Shown here: positions 19,894-29,784 of the stretch, piece by piece
Position numbering within the stretch: the stretch's first letter is position 1
Layout of the letters: each line of letters starts with the position of its first letter
IMG/VR virus record: IMGVR_UViG_3300003937_000082
Span: 63 to 64,062 of that record
DNA: 64,000 bases
Strand: one strand, 5' to 3'
Source: a virus
Lineage: Duplodnaviria > Caudoviricetes
Notes under the pieces: generated by a model
What the model saw: only the letters and a program-made list of their open reading frames with translations
Databases searched by the model: none
Told to the model about the DNA's origin: nothing
Translations under genes and position numbers: made by a program

Positions 19894-22800
19894 ATGCCAA
19901 AGCAGATAAAACTTGGACTGGATAAAGTACCCGCTCCAGTTACTAAGCAGTTTACACAGCTTATCGATATTGAAGGTAATCTTCTATACGATGCGGCTGG
20001 TAATCCTGTGGTCACTGAAGATGAAGCGGTATTAGGATCTTTTGCAAGGTCTGCTTCTGCGACCCCTATATTCTCTAACAACTACGACAACACTCCTGTT
20101 CTATCAGTACCTGTTGCTGAACAATTCTCAAATGAGTCAGAAGTAAGTAATTCTTTGTTGGGTGTTCCTCGTGCAGAAGAACAAATAAGTCTTTTCTCAG
20201 ACGTTTCTACTTACGGACTAGACGAAGAGAATTGGAACTATTACACGTTCTCAACTGGGACTTATCCTGGTGAATGGTATAGAAAAGAAAATCCTATTTT
20301 TGGTAGAAGATTTAATCCCAAGTTTGATGAAGAGAGTAGTGAGCAAGCATTAGCGATTTCAACCTTTCCGAGTCAGTATACTTTTCCAGGAAGCACTATA
20401 GCAAGAAGAGAAGATTCAGCAGGCGATCAGATGGTGCGCTACATGAACTTCATTGCTATGGGTAAATACTTGTATAATATATTTATTTCCATAAATGAAG
20501 TGTTTGCAAAAAGAAACTTTCTCGATGATACAATTAAAATTGTAACTAGTGGAGAAGTAGAGATAGATGTAAAATATGAAAGCGCATTTGATACAATCGG
20601 AAGAGTTTTTGGGCAGGAAAATATTTTCTATGATGTGGAGTATGGGTCGAACTTACAAGACGCTTTCGATCAAATCGAAAGATGGACTACAATATTTAAT
20701 AGAATAATAGCGGGCGGTGCAAGTTTTCCAGAAATGCCTCCTCCCGCTAATCCCGATTTTACAGTAGGTCTCAAATATAACGCTATTAGGAATTTTCTAG
20801 GTAATAAGGCTCAGCCTGGCGGTAGTTCAAAAGCAACTAAATTTGCTATTCTTGAGAGTAAGAAGACTTTCAGGTATCAGCCTGGTCGGGCAAGTGGATT
20901 TACTTTTGGTGTCAGACAAGAAACTGATCCAGCATCAAATGTAAATACGATTGAATGGGGATGCTCAAACGACACAGACGAATATATGTTTCAGTTGATA
21001 GGATCTAGATTTAACATTGTTAGAAGAAGTATCATCAAAATGCCAGATAGCTTATTATTAAGACAGGGTCTCGATACTACTGATCAGTCTTCTAGTCCTG
21101 TCAAGCCTAAAGGTACAACTGTGCGAGAGGCGATGTGGGAAACTGTAATACCACGTACTAAGTTTAACGGAGACAGTTTACTCGGTAATGGACCATCTGG
21201 ATATATTCTATCGTTTGAAGACGTTACTATGTACAAGATTGAATTTTCTTGGTATGGTGCAATCGGCGCTAAGTTCTACGCATACGTTCCTTCTGGTAAC
21301 GGTGAGGCACGTTGGGTATTGATGCATAGATTTGTAATTGAGAATGGTCTTGGCGACCCAGTTCTTAAGAATCCAGATTTTAAATTTAAGTACCTAGTTT
21401 ACACTGAAGATAACGCTACTATGCAGAAGCCTATTGCCCTATATAAATACGGCAGTAGTTATTATGTTGACGGTGCGGATGAGGGTACTATAAGACTTGC
21501 AACTACAACAGTTGACAGTAAGCAGGTAGATAAAGCACGAACTCCTATACTAGGCATTCTTCCAAAACAAAAGATTTTCAATTCAGATGGAGAAGGTATA
21601 ACTAACTTCAAAAAGGCTTATCCATCTACGATGTCTATATCAAGTGATATTGATCTGAGAATAGATGTTGAAGAGGTTAAAGGTTCTCCAGACGGTATAC
21701 ACTTTAACTTTGCTCCTTCTCTACACAATGGAATACACGCACTATCTAGAACTTTAAACTTTAAGTTTATAGGCACCACTGGGTCTCAGATAGATATATT
21801 AAACGGACAATCACTCAACGTAGAAGATGATAACGCACACATAATTGCCGATGGAATATACAACGCTTACGTAGATTACGACTTTGCTTCTGATCATAAA
21901 TCTACTAACATTAGAAGACGTAATAGCAGTCAAATTTTAACAGCAGATACTATTAGAAAAGGCCGTAAACTAGACGGTACTGTAATAGATACTTTAACAT
22001 CTCCAACATTTACTGGTAGACTTTCTAACTATCATACTATTGCGGCATCTACTGTTCCTATCTATAGTAATAACTTTAAAATACATTTCTTGAATCCAAG
22101 TGCAAAGGACAGTAGTTATGGACACTTTGCTGATTTTGCGATATCAGTTACGTCAAAACTGCCTTTCATCGACTCTACCGATGGCAATAAGCTGAAGTTT
22201 ACTAATGATGCAGGAGAATCTGCGGCGTACTCTTTAAATGACGAACTCTTTCAAGAGTATTCATCTGAAGGCACTGCAATAGATTATACAACTAAAGCAG
22301 ATCGGTATGAATGGGATCCTGGCTACTCAGATATGTTTATGGTTGACAGTCGATTAGATAATCCAGATGGCGTTGACAGTGGCTTTATTTCAGCGGTAAA
22401 AGGAGAAGTTAGAGTAGTAGATTACCCAGTATCTGCGATTGAAGCTGGAACAGGACCACGTAATGGTCAGTGGAAAATAACCTTTAATGGTACTGGACCT
22501 TCGTCTTCGCTGTTTACTCTTGACTCCGGCGGTGCAGTGGTATCGGAAAGCACAGAGATTGGAGTAGCAGGTGTAGGTCTAGACATATACTATACGACAG
22601 TTCCTGCTCTCGACCAGAATACGAACAAATACTTTGCTTATGTGGATGGAGATCCTACTAATAGCGGCAACAGAACCGTTACAGCAGTTCAAACCAAGAC
22701 AATAACTATCACTCACGATTGGCAACTTGATCCTGATTTAAACGGAGATAATTTCTCTAACTCTAGAGCAGTTAAGTTTAACTCTCAGCCGCTATACTTA

Positions 22801-23220
22801 GTCGTGGCATTAAAAGATAATGCTAAAGTAAACAATGTTATAGTTGAAGAATTTACACCAGATAACATTAAAACTCATACACCAGTGTTTATCAAAGATG
22901 CTCCTAACTTAACTATTACTAACTCTGGCTCATCGAGTAATATTCTTTCTCCCTCAGCATTTCAAAGCGGAGATAGATTATCAAGCATTAGATTTGATGA
23001 TCAATGTTTGAATCCTCTAAGACCTGGAACCAAAATATATTCTTTATTTGTTGAAGGAGGTACACCAGAAAAGTTTGATCTGTCAAACATTTTTGGCAGA
23101 GACCGAAAAGGATTAGCGAGAGGACTGCTAAATAATAAAGCAATGTATCTTACAGCGTCAGCAGTAGACGGCACGTCTATTGGTAACGTAGAAGTAACTC
23201 TCACGGTGAAGGAACAGTAA
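19894..23220 (+). CDS. Large virion structural protein (cyanophage-type), paralog of 15718-19890
   Basis: 1108-aa ORF with SLLGVPRAE, SKKTFRYQPGR, VTMYKIEFSWYGAIGA, KYGSSYYVDG and terminal KEQ. Confidence 0.7.
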   Translation: MPKQIKLGLDKVPAPVTKQFTQLIDIEGNLLYDAAGNPVVTEDEAVLGSFARSASATPIFSNNYDNTPVLSVPVAEQFSNESEVSNSLLGVPRAEEQISLFSDVSTYGLDEENWNYYTFSTGTYPGEWYRKENPIFGRRFNPKFDEESSEQALAISTFPSQYTFPGSTIARREDSAGDQMVRYMNFIAMGKYLYNIFISINEVFAKRNFLDDTIKIVTSGEVEIDVKYESAFDTIGRVFGQENIFYDVEYGSNLQDAFDQIERWTTIFNRIIAGGASFPEMPPPANPDFTVGLKYNAIRNFLGNKAQPGGSSKATKFAILESKKTFRYQPGRASGFTFGVRQETDPASNVNTIEWGCSNDTDEYMFQLIGSRFNIVRRSIIKMPDSLLLRQGLDTTDQSSSPVKPKGTTVREAMWETVIPRTKFNGDSLLGNGPSGYILSFEDVTMYKIEFSWYGAIGAKFYAYVPSGNGEARWVLMHRFVIENGLGDPVLKNPDFKFKYLVYTEDNATMQKPIALYKYGSSYYVDGADEGTIRLATTTVDSKQVDKARTPILGILPKQKIFNSDGEGITNFKKAYPSTMSISSDIDLRIDVEEVKGSPDGIHFNFAPSLHNGIHALSRTLNFKFIGTTGSQIDILNGQSLNVEDDNAHIIADGIYNAYVDYDFASDHKSTNIRRRNSSQILTADTIRKGRKLDGTVIDTLTSPTFTGRLSNYHTIAASTVPIYSNNFKIHFLNPSAKDSSYGHFADFAISVTSKLPFIDSTDGNKLKFTNDAGESAAYSLNDELFQEYSSEGTAIDYTTKADRYEWDPGYSDMFMVDSRLDNPDGVDSGFISAVKGEVRVVDYPVSAIEAGTGPRNGQWKITFNGTGPSSSLFTLDSGGAVVSESTEIGVAGVGLDIYYTTVPALDQNTNKYFAYVDGDPTNSGNRTVTAVQTKTITITHDWQLDPDLNGDNFSNSRAVKFNSQPLYLVVALKDNAKVNNVIVEEFTPDNIKTHTPVFIKDAPNLTITNSGSSSNILSPSAFQSGDRLSSIRFDDQCLNPLRPGTKIYSLFVEGGTPEKFDLSNIFGRDRKGLARGLLNNKAMYLTASAVDGTSIGNVEVTLTVKEQ

Positions 23221-25685
23221 TGCTATTTCGAGGTCTAAACGTACAACTAGCGATGAACGATGTCGATAATGCGGCGCAGTCTCTCATTAATTTGGGTTTA
23301 GATCAAAGAGATTTGGCGCTCATTTCTGGACTATCTAGCAGTGCGAGTATCGAGTCACAAGAGATTCATACGGTGTCTGGTCTTGTCGTAGATCAAAAAA
23401 AGGAATTAGCCGCTCTCGCTAGATCATCTACGACCGTAGGAGGACTTCTTAACAGTTTAAAAGATATAGGTCAGCCTCTAGATTTCAACTTAGAGATTGA
23501 TAATCAGATAAATGCGGCAGCAATCAAATACAACTATTTGGACTATTCTAATAATGTTAATAAAACAGCAGATATATCAACATCAAGAGTTTCATCTTGG
23601 TCCTCAATAGGATCTTCCATTTTATATGGAGGAGAAGTCGAGGTATCAGGCGGTACTGTAACGCTTAGTTCATTGGCAACAAGTTCTGCTCCAATTCAAA
23701 AAGTTTTTAGAGCAGAAGTTGCGACACACGAAATAACCATAAAGGTTAATGGAACTAATAAAAAGTTTTTAGCTATGAAGGGAATTCCATTAGAGTGGAA
23801 TGGATTTTTTAGAAACGTTGATTTATACCATGCTGTAGATTCTGTTAGCGATGATATTGGAGTTGTACCACCAGTTTGGAGAATAACAAACTACGCTGGA
23901 GGACAATCTTATAATTCTGGCAGTCTCGGACCAGGTGTAGTCGATACTCCTATGAAATATCCATTTAAAGATAGTTCATCAAAGGCACGTAAGATTGAGT
24001 TTTTTTATAATCCTTTAAAAATTAGAGAGTTACGTCTTCCTAATTGTAACTTAACCGAATGGACAAACGTTGGCTTAGATAACATTCAACGAATTGATAT
24101 TAACAATAATGACTTCTATGAATTGCCCAAGTTTGGTCCTTCAAGTAGAGGCGGTAACGGACTTGCAGAAGACCTGAAAAAGATTACGATTAGTGCGAAT
24201 GATATGTCGAGAGCAGAAGACTCAAGCGGCGCACAGATTCCTGCAAACACGCAATTAAATACTCTTCCTACTACACTAACACACTTAACAATGAATGGAG
24301 TATTCTCTGATAGTACTGCAATCGATTTAACTGATTATGAGAACCTACAGTTTTTACAGTTTGAGACTTACTATAGTCGAAACGCACAAAGACGTATGAG
24401 TGGAGGAACTATATCTCCTAAAACATTTATTGACTCTGCTAATCCTAAAGTAAAGGGTATAGGTCAATATAGAGTATATCATCAACCATATAGTCAGTTA
24501 GATGCTGGAGTATGTGCTAGTCCAAATTTGACATATCTATACTTCCCATGGTGTGGAATTAGCACCGCTGAAAATAGATCAGGCGGTACGCAAGCCATTA
24601 CTATTGCGAGTAATAATATAGGAGAGATAATCTCTTACGGCAATCCACACAACGTTATAGACATGAGCAATAAGACCTCGCTGACCAATTACGTGCAAGC
24701 TTACTCTGGTCCAGATAGCAGTAAAGATAGGAATCTAGGTGGTAAATTTACTGGTTGTACAGGTCTAACACAAATATATTGCTATGGTTCAAGTACGATT
24801 CAGGCAGATTTACAAACTGCATTTAAGAACAGAAACCTTAGTTCTCTGCGAACTCTAGACTTGAGATGGACTTCGGCATCGAACGAAATGCGAGATGATA
24901 GTTTTGATGGAGCGGAAGCACTTCAGCATATTAGATTTGCAGGCTCTGCTCATAGTGGTAGCGATTTTTATGGCACTCTAGCTTCTCGATCAAATGGCAA
25001 TAATGGAGAAGTGTTCTCTAATATGTCAACCTTGCAGTGGTTGTATGTTTATAGTAACGGTAGCATTGCTGGACCATTACCAGACTTTTCAAAAAATACG
25101 CAGATGAGTGGAATATATATTCGAAATACGAATACCAACGGCCCTCTGCCTAATCTAGTTTCAAATCCAAGTTTATATTATTTGAGACTTGATAGTAATG
25201 CTATGACTGGCACTGTTCCTGCTTGGTCAACTAATTCACTGAGATATGTGTTCTGTTATAACAATCAGATTGCAGGATCTTTACCTGCTCTTAATACTCC
25301 GTATCTATACTATTTGTATCTTCAGAACAATAACATAAGTGGTAATCTACCTCTTATGGGCGGAGCTATAAGACTTCAAAGATTATATCTTAACAGTAAC
25401 TCGATAACTGGATATACAACAAACGCTCTCAAGTATAATACAAGTTTAAGTATTATAGACTTGAGCAACAATCAACTACCGGCATCTGTAAGTGCACCCA
25501 TCATTAACGATTTGTATGATAACTATGCGGGTAATCCTAGAAATGGCGTTAGTGTTAACTTATTAGGTAACGCAGGTTTGAGTAGAAAGGTTATTAATAG
25601 AGATAACGAAGGCGAAAATAGTCTAGCAAATAAACTTGCTTTTCTCGAATCTCGTTGGACTATTCTACTAGATGCTGGAGCGTAA
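23220..25685 (+). CDS. Leucine-rich-repeat protein, probably virion-associated
   Basis: Repeated LxxLxLxxNxxxGxLP units (LYYLRLDSNAMTGTVP, LYYLYLQNNNISGNLP, LQRLYLNSNSITG); TAATG coupling to the upstream gene. Confidence 0.8.
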   Translation: MLFRGLNVQLAMNDVDNAAQSLINLGLDQRDLALISGLSSSASIESQEIHTVSGLVVDQKKELAALARSSTTVGGLLNSLKDIGQPLDFNLEIDNQINAAAIKYNYLDYSNNVNKTADISTSRVSSWSSIGSSILYGGEVEVSGGTVTLSSLATSSAPIQKVFRAEVATHEITIKVNGTNKKFLAMKGIPLEWNGFFRNVDLYHAVDSVSDDIGVVPPVWRITNYAGGQSYNSGSLGPGVVDTPMKYPFKDSSSKARKIEFFYNPLKIRELRLPNCNLTEWTNVGLDNIQRIDINNNDFYELPKFGPSSRGGNGLAEDLKKITISANDMSRAEDSSGAQIPANTQLNTLPTTLTHLTMNGVFSDSTAIDLTDYENLQFLQFETYYSRNAQRRMSGGTISPKTFIDSANPKVKGIGQYRVYHQPYSQLDAGVCASPNLTYLYFPWCGISTAENRSGGTQAITIASNNIGEIISYGNPHNVIDMSNKTSLTNYVQAYSGPDSSKDRNLGGKFTGCTGLTQIYCYGSSTIQADLQTAFKNRNLSSLRTLDLRWTSASNEMRDDSFDGAEALQHIRFAGSAHSGSDFYGTLASRSNGNNGEVFSNMSTLQWLYVYSNGSIAGPLPDFSKNTQMSGIYIRNTNTNGPLPNLVSNPSLYYLRLDSNAMTGTVPAWSTNSLRYVFCYNNQIAGSLPALNTPYLYYLYLQNNNISGNLPLMGGAIRLQRLYLNSNSITGYTTNALKYNTSLSIIDLSNNQLPASVSAPIINDLYDNYAGNPRNGVSVNLLGNAGLSRKVINRDNEGENSLANKLAFLESRWTILLDAGA

Positions 25686-25694
25686 GGAAAAGAT

Positions 25695-26681
25695 ATGGCA
25701 CAGGGATTTGTAATAGATTTAAACCTCATTGAAAGTGACACAGGTGATTTAGATAGAGGTATCTTAGATAACTTAGGTGGTACTAATATTACCACAGACC
25801 TTCTCTTGTTCGATGGAAACTTTAGGTTTATATCTAAACTATCTCCTAGTGACTACACATATGATGCAACTTCTGGAGTAATAACTGTTACTGGAGAAGG
25901 TAAAGTTGCCTTTTCAGATGGCACTAAAATATCTTTAAGCGATGCTCCTACTGTATTTGAGACTGAAGTTTTTGATTCAAATGGAATAGATAAATTTAAA
26001 CTTAGAAATTTAAGTGGTCAAGCTGTATCTCCGTTAGACTCTTCGAATGCTAAGAAAATTCTAAGAAGAAATGATGGAGTCAGCGCAGAAAATATATCGA
26101 ATTTAAGCTCAAAAAGATTAGAAACTAATCCAGGAGCTTCGACCGGTATAAGTGATGATGACGGTGCTTCCGACTTATTCAATCAATATTCCGCATCAGA
26201 ACAAATAGACTATATCAACACTCAACTAGCTTTATATTATTATAAAAGAGATAGAGTTCCATTAACATTTGAAGACTCATCTTTTGATCAGAGAGTTAAC
26301 TTTAGAGGCTCTGTGATGATTGTCGATAACGATGCGACATCTACTACACAGCCAAGCAATAGCACTCCGGGGCTTTTTATTGTAGATGCGTCAAATCCTG
26401 GCGGAGGTGCTACTAGAGCATTTAGTGATGCATCAAATCCGTGGAGTGAAGTTGGCTCTGGAAATACAGCCGCTTTGGTTACGACAGAAGCAAACACCCA
26501 ACCAAACACTTTAAGTATTAAGCCGAATACTACTGGAACGAATCCTGCAAGTAGCAGTACTCCTAATCTACAAACTACCTCAACGCTTATCGTCTCACAA
26601 GCTAATGCCTTATCTGGCTTTAATTACAAACTTCCAGTTGAAATAAACGGCGAAAGGTTTTTCTTATTGCTTAAAGCTTAA
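25695..26681 (+). CDS. Hypothetical virion protein
   Basis: 328-aa ORF with AAGGA RBS; N- and C-terminal motifs resemble those of its neighbours. Confidence 0.7.
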   Translation: MAQGFVIDLNLIESDTGDLDRGILDNLGGTNITTDLLLFDGNFRFISKLSPSDYTYDATSGVITVTGEGKVAFSDGTKISLSDAPTVFETEVFDSNGIDKFKLRNLSGQAVSPLDSSNAKKILRRNDGVSAENISNLSSKRLETNPGASTGISDDDGASDLFNQYSASEQIDYINTQLALYYYKRDRVPLTFEDSSFDQRVNFRGSVMIVDNDATSTTQPSNSTPGLFIVDASNPGGGATRAFSDASNPWSEVGSGNTAALVTTEANTQPNTLSIKPNTTGTNPASSSTPNLQTTSTLIVSQANALSGFNYKLPVEINGERFFLLLKA

Positions 26682-29158
26682 GTATTAAGTAAAATTTTAT
26701 AAGTTGTACTACCATAAGTTATTGGAAAGTACTCAGGCGAACTTGCCGGTACATTTGAAAGCGCCGTAATATTATTATTTGGAAGCTGAATCTTCAGACT
26801 ATTAAAGGTTAACTTAGCAACAGTCAAGTTTCTATTAGATTCAGGCGTAAGCAGTCCTACAGTCGTACCTTCAAATGGAGGAGCAGTGTTTAGGGGAATG
26901 ACGCAGAATTCTTTATTAGCACTTCCTGGATTATTTGAATTACCACCTATTGTTGATTTTATGAAAACTATAGTGCGAGCCTTAGGTATGGCGGCTGTAA
27001 GAGGTGCGGTTAATGTTATCCTTTTAGTACTGTTGTTTATAGATTGCACTGTTGTGGTAGTACCAACTTTATTGTTGTTGAAGTCTGGTGATCCAGGTAC
27101 AGCTCCCGTACCTCCTGCACTACCGCTACCGTAAAAGTGTACGTAATCTCCTACAGTCACTCCATCTGTTGTAGTTAACTCTATTTGGTTTTGACCGCTT
27201 CCCGCAGTAGCGTTCACTTCTCTTCCGTAAACTCCATTACATTGAAGATATGATGACTTATCGTCTAGTCCTCTAGACGCATATACTGCACCAATCTGAA
27301 CATTTCCGGTTTTGAAATTGCTACCTCCAGCATTGCTTAGATGGTCTTGAATAATGACGTTTCTAGGTCCAGTACCCGTTGCATCGAATACTCTTTTGAC
27401 CTGTAGTCCGTCAGTTCCATCTGCTTTGATAGTCATTATAAGCTGATCTGCAAACACTTTAGATGTCGGGTTAATGTTATATGGAGGTAAAGAGTATAGT
27501 GCTCCCTGACTACTGTTTCCAGAAGAATCGAGTCTGAATAGACCAATAAGTCCAGTATTCTTGAAGAATACTGCTTCTGCTGTATTTGATATAGCCATAG
27601 AAGCATCTGAGTTAAGACTATCTTTAACATACGCAAATTCATTACCATCTTCATCTGATCCACTGATCTCTAAAATCTGAAAGGCATACATGTTATTATT
27701 GCTCTTTTTGAATACCATCCAATCTCCCACACTTACTCCACTGAAGCTAGTGGCAGAAATCTTGCCAAAGTTATCTCGTACTTTTATAGTCTTTGTAGAT
27801 ACTGTTGTTGATGTAGAACTCGACATTCCTACAACTTTATCGTTCAATAGTTCTGGAGGATCTATTATAAGAGATATTGTATCAAGAACAGTTAACTTAG
27901 ATGTAGATTTCTGATTCAAGGCACTTGCTTTATTGTCTTCGAAATACTTGTACGTGTATGGGCCGAATACTTGACTTCTGTTATACGTCTTGTAATAATC
28001 TGAAAATGGTGCACGTTCACTATTATCATTAGTTTCTCTAAATGTTTTTTCTCTGTAAGCACTACCATTGCCTGGATCTGGATACCAAAGCGTGTAACGC
28101 ACCCTTAATCTATTGCCCCTTTTCTGAGCAGTAAATTTTATTGGAGATGTGACTTCATCTTCACCAGGTTTGAACTTAAGCGTTTGAGTTGCGGGGTTTC
28201 CAGATATGGCACTTGACGTTTGAACTGTCATTGTTTCTGCTTCTGGATCCACTGATGCGATTTGATATGTAGTGGAATTCGATACAAATGACATTCCTTC
28301 GCAAACAGATTTTTTATTAACAGAAGATCCACTATAGTCTATCGTTACTACTCCAGCCGTCGGACCAGAGTATGTAAGACCGTTTAGTGGGAAGCTACTT
28401 TTGTATTGATCATTAGAAGCTGGAGTGGCATACACAGACTTGATCGTTGTCCAATTGTTTTCACTACCATCATCTACCGTATCTTCCTCTATGATAAATA
28501 ACCCTGTAGAGCCCCAATCTTGTTCGAAATTACTCGCAAGATAACCAGTCCATTGTATAAGACCGTATGTGTTTCTCATCTCTGGATGGAGCTTTGAATT
28601 AAAGGCGAAGACTCCGTTATTCCAAAAGTCCAATGGACCAATGATAGGAGTGAAGTCTCCGTCTGCATATGATGTCCACAGTTGACTTGATGACAAGCCA
28701 CCTGTCGTTGAAGCAGTACCTGAATTACCCGTGATGGCGCCAGTAGGATTTGGTTTAATTCTATCGCTACCGACAAAGAAACAATTTAATCCGTCACCGC
28801 CATTAATCCAAGGAGGATTACCTAAAACAGATTTAAAATTGCTTATATTATCTTGAATAGTCACAAGAGGCTCAACAACTGTGTTTTGTCCTTGTGTATT
28901 AGTGAACGATACTACAGTGCCGTTTAAGTTTGCGAGATCAGTTGATTGTCCATCTTCGTTTGTGAAGTCAGACAGTCCAGTGTTTCTTAATCCAATAAGT
29001 GGACTAATATCTCGGACAGTAAATCCAGAGAATTGATTGTTTTCGTCTAGGGCAGTAGAGTTATCGTCCAGTACGTTGGCTAAAGATTGAACTGGACTAT
29101 CTAGGTCTGCTAGATTCTTGTCAGCACGAAGTCCGAATTTGATGTACTTTGATGTCAT
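26678..29158 (-). CDS. Virion structural protein with possible PA14-like domain; the only minus-strand gene
   Basis: 826-aa ORF. KFGLRADKNLADL N-terminus; GGDGL..GLIQWTGYL resembles a PA14-like start. A minus-strand late promoter lies about 35 nt upstream. Confidence 0.75.
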   Translation of the reverse strand: MTSKYIKFGLRADKNLADLDSPVQSLANVLDDNSTALDENNQFSGFTVRDISPLIGLRNTGLSDFTNEDGQSTDLANLNGTVVSFTNTQGQNTVVEPLVTIQDNISNFKSVLGNPPWINGGDGLNCFFVGSDRIKPNPTGAITGNSGTASTTGGLSSSQLWTSYADGDFTPIIGPLDFWNNGVFAFNSKLHPEMRNTYGLIQWTGYLASNFEQDWGSTGLFIIEEDTVDDGSENNWTTIKSVYATPASNDQYKSSFPLNGLTYSGPTAGVVTIDYSGSSVNKKSVCEGMSFVSNSTTYQIASVDPEAETMTVQTSSAISGNPATQTLKFKPGEDEVTSPIKFTAQKRGNRLRVRYTLWYPDPGNGSAYREKTFRETNDNSERAPFSDYYKTYNRSQVFGPYTYKYFEDNKASALNQKSTSKLTVLDTISLIIDPPELLNDKVVGMSSSTSTTVSTKTIKVRDNFGKISATSFSGVSVGDWMVFKKSNNNMYAFQILEISGSDEDGNEFAYVKDSLNSDASMAISNTAEAVFFKNTGLIGLFRLDSSGNSSQGALYSLPPYNINPTSKVFADQLIMTIKADGTDGLQVKRVFDATGTGPRNVIIQDHLSNAGGSNFKTGNVQIGAVYASRGLDDKSSYLQCNGVYGREVNATAGSGQNQIELTTTDGVTVGDYVHFYGSGSAGGTGAVPGSPDFNNNKVGTTTTVQSINNSTKRITLTAPLTAAIPKARTIVFIKSTIGGNSNNPGSANKEFCVIPLNTAPPFEGTTVGLLTPESNRNLTVAKLTFNSLKIQLPNNNITALSNVPASSPEYFPITYGSTTYKILLNT

Positions 29159-29192
29159 TTTAAATCCAATAGGTTGAGGGTTCTGTTCTTAT

Positions 29193-29204
29193 TATTTATA
29201 AATA
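29193..29204. promoter_or_regulatory. Bidirectional overlapping late promoters, TATTTATAAATA
   Basis: Perfect 12-bp palindrome with TATAAATA on + (29197-29204) and on - (29200-29193), between divergent starts at 29158 and 29231. Confidence 0.85.
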
Positions 29205-29230
29205 CATGTAGCATAGATTAGGGAAAAAAC

Positions 29231-29563
29231 ATGGCAGTTAAAGCAAATATTGTAATAGACCAAGGTACAGATTTCTCAGCGTTGATTGATGTAGAAACGG
29301 CTACAGATGCCGTATTCAATCTTACTGGATTTACTGTTGCCGCTCAAATGAGAAAAACGTATGCTTCGGCAACTGCAACGGACTTTGGCTGTTCGCATAA
29401 CGGAGCACTCGGTCAAATTTCTATCACTCTAAGTAGTAGTATAACCAATAACTTATCTCCTGGTAGATACTTATATGATATAGAAATTACCTCACCTGGC
29501 GGCTCTAAATCACGTGTTGTACAAGGAACAGCGACAGTAACAGCCGGCATAACAAGGACATAA
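29231..29563 (+). CDS. Small virion structural protein (BppU-like Ig fold, common in T4-like marine phages)
   Basis: NIVIDQGTDF..NLTGFTVAAQMRK..PGRYLYDIEI..RVVQGTATV motif pattern. Confidence 0.75.
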   Translation: MAVKANIVIDQGTDFSALIDVETATDAVFNLTGFTVAAQMRKTYASATATDFGCSHNGALGQISITLSSSITNNLSPGRYLYDIEITSPGGSKSRVVQGTATVTAGITRT

Positions 29564-29565
29564 AG

Positions 29566-29784
29566 ATGGCAAACATCAAGGCAAAACTTACACCAAATCA
29601 AAACTTTATGGTAACTAATTACCAGATTAATGCTGCCTCTATCAGGCTTGGCGACCTCTTTGACGTTGACGCTAGTAATCAAACAGACGGAGCAGTTATT
29701 CTCTATAACAGTACGTCAGCAAAGTGGGAATCGACCACTCAAATGGATAATATAAATACAATTATAAACGGAGGCAATTTCTAA
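29566..29784 (+). CDS. Small fibre-associated protein
   Basis: LGDLFDVD..DGAVILYNSTSAKW fibre repeat; ends INGGNF; tightly coupled to both neighbours. Confidence 0.7.
   Translation: MANIKAKLTPNQNFMVTNYQINAASIRLGDLFDVDASNQTDGAVILYNSTSAKWESTTQMDNINTIINGGNF
29751..29758 (+). promoter_or_regulatory. T4-type late promoter
   Basis: Exact TATAAATA 26 nt before ATG 29785. Confidence 0.7.

Noticed and set aside
2383-23134. Variant late promoters CATAAATA (2383) and CTAAATA (9944, 15669, 23128)
   Set aside because: They are plausibly placed upstream of gene starts, but they are imperfect, intragenic and likely by chance in AT-rich DNA, so they were not called as features.
26678-29158. Invertase-controlled invertible segment around the minus-strand gene
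   Set aside because: No recombinase gene and no flanking inverted repeats seen. The gene has its own correctly oriented late promoter.
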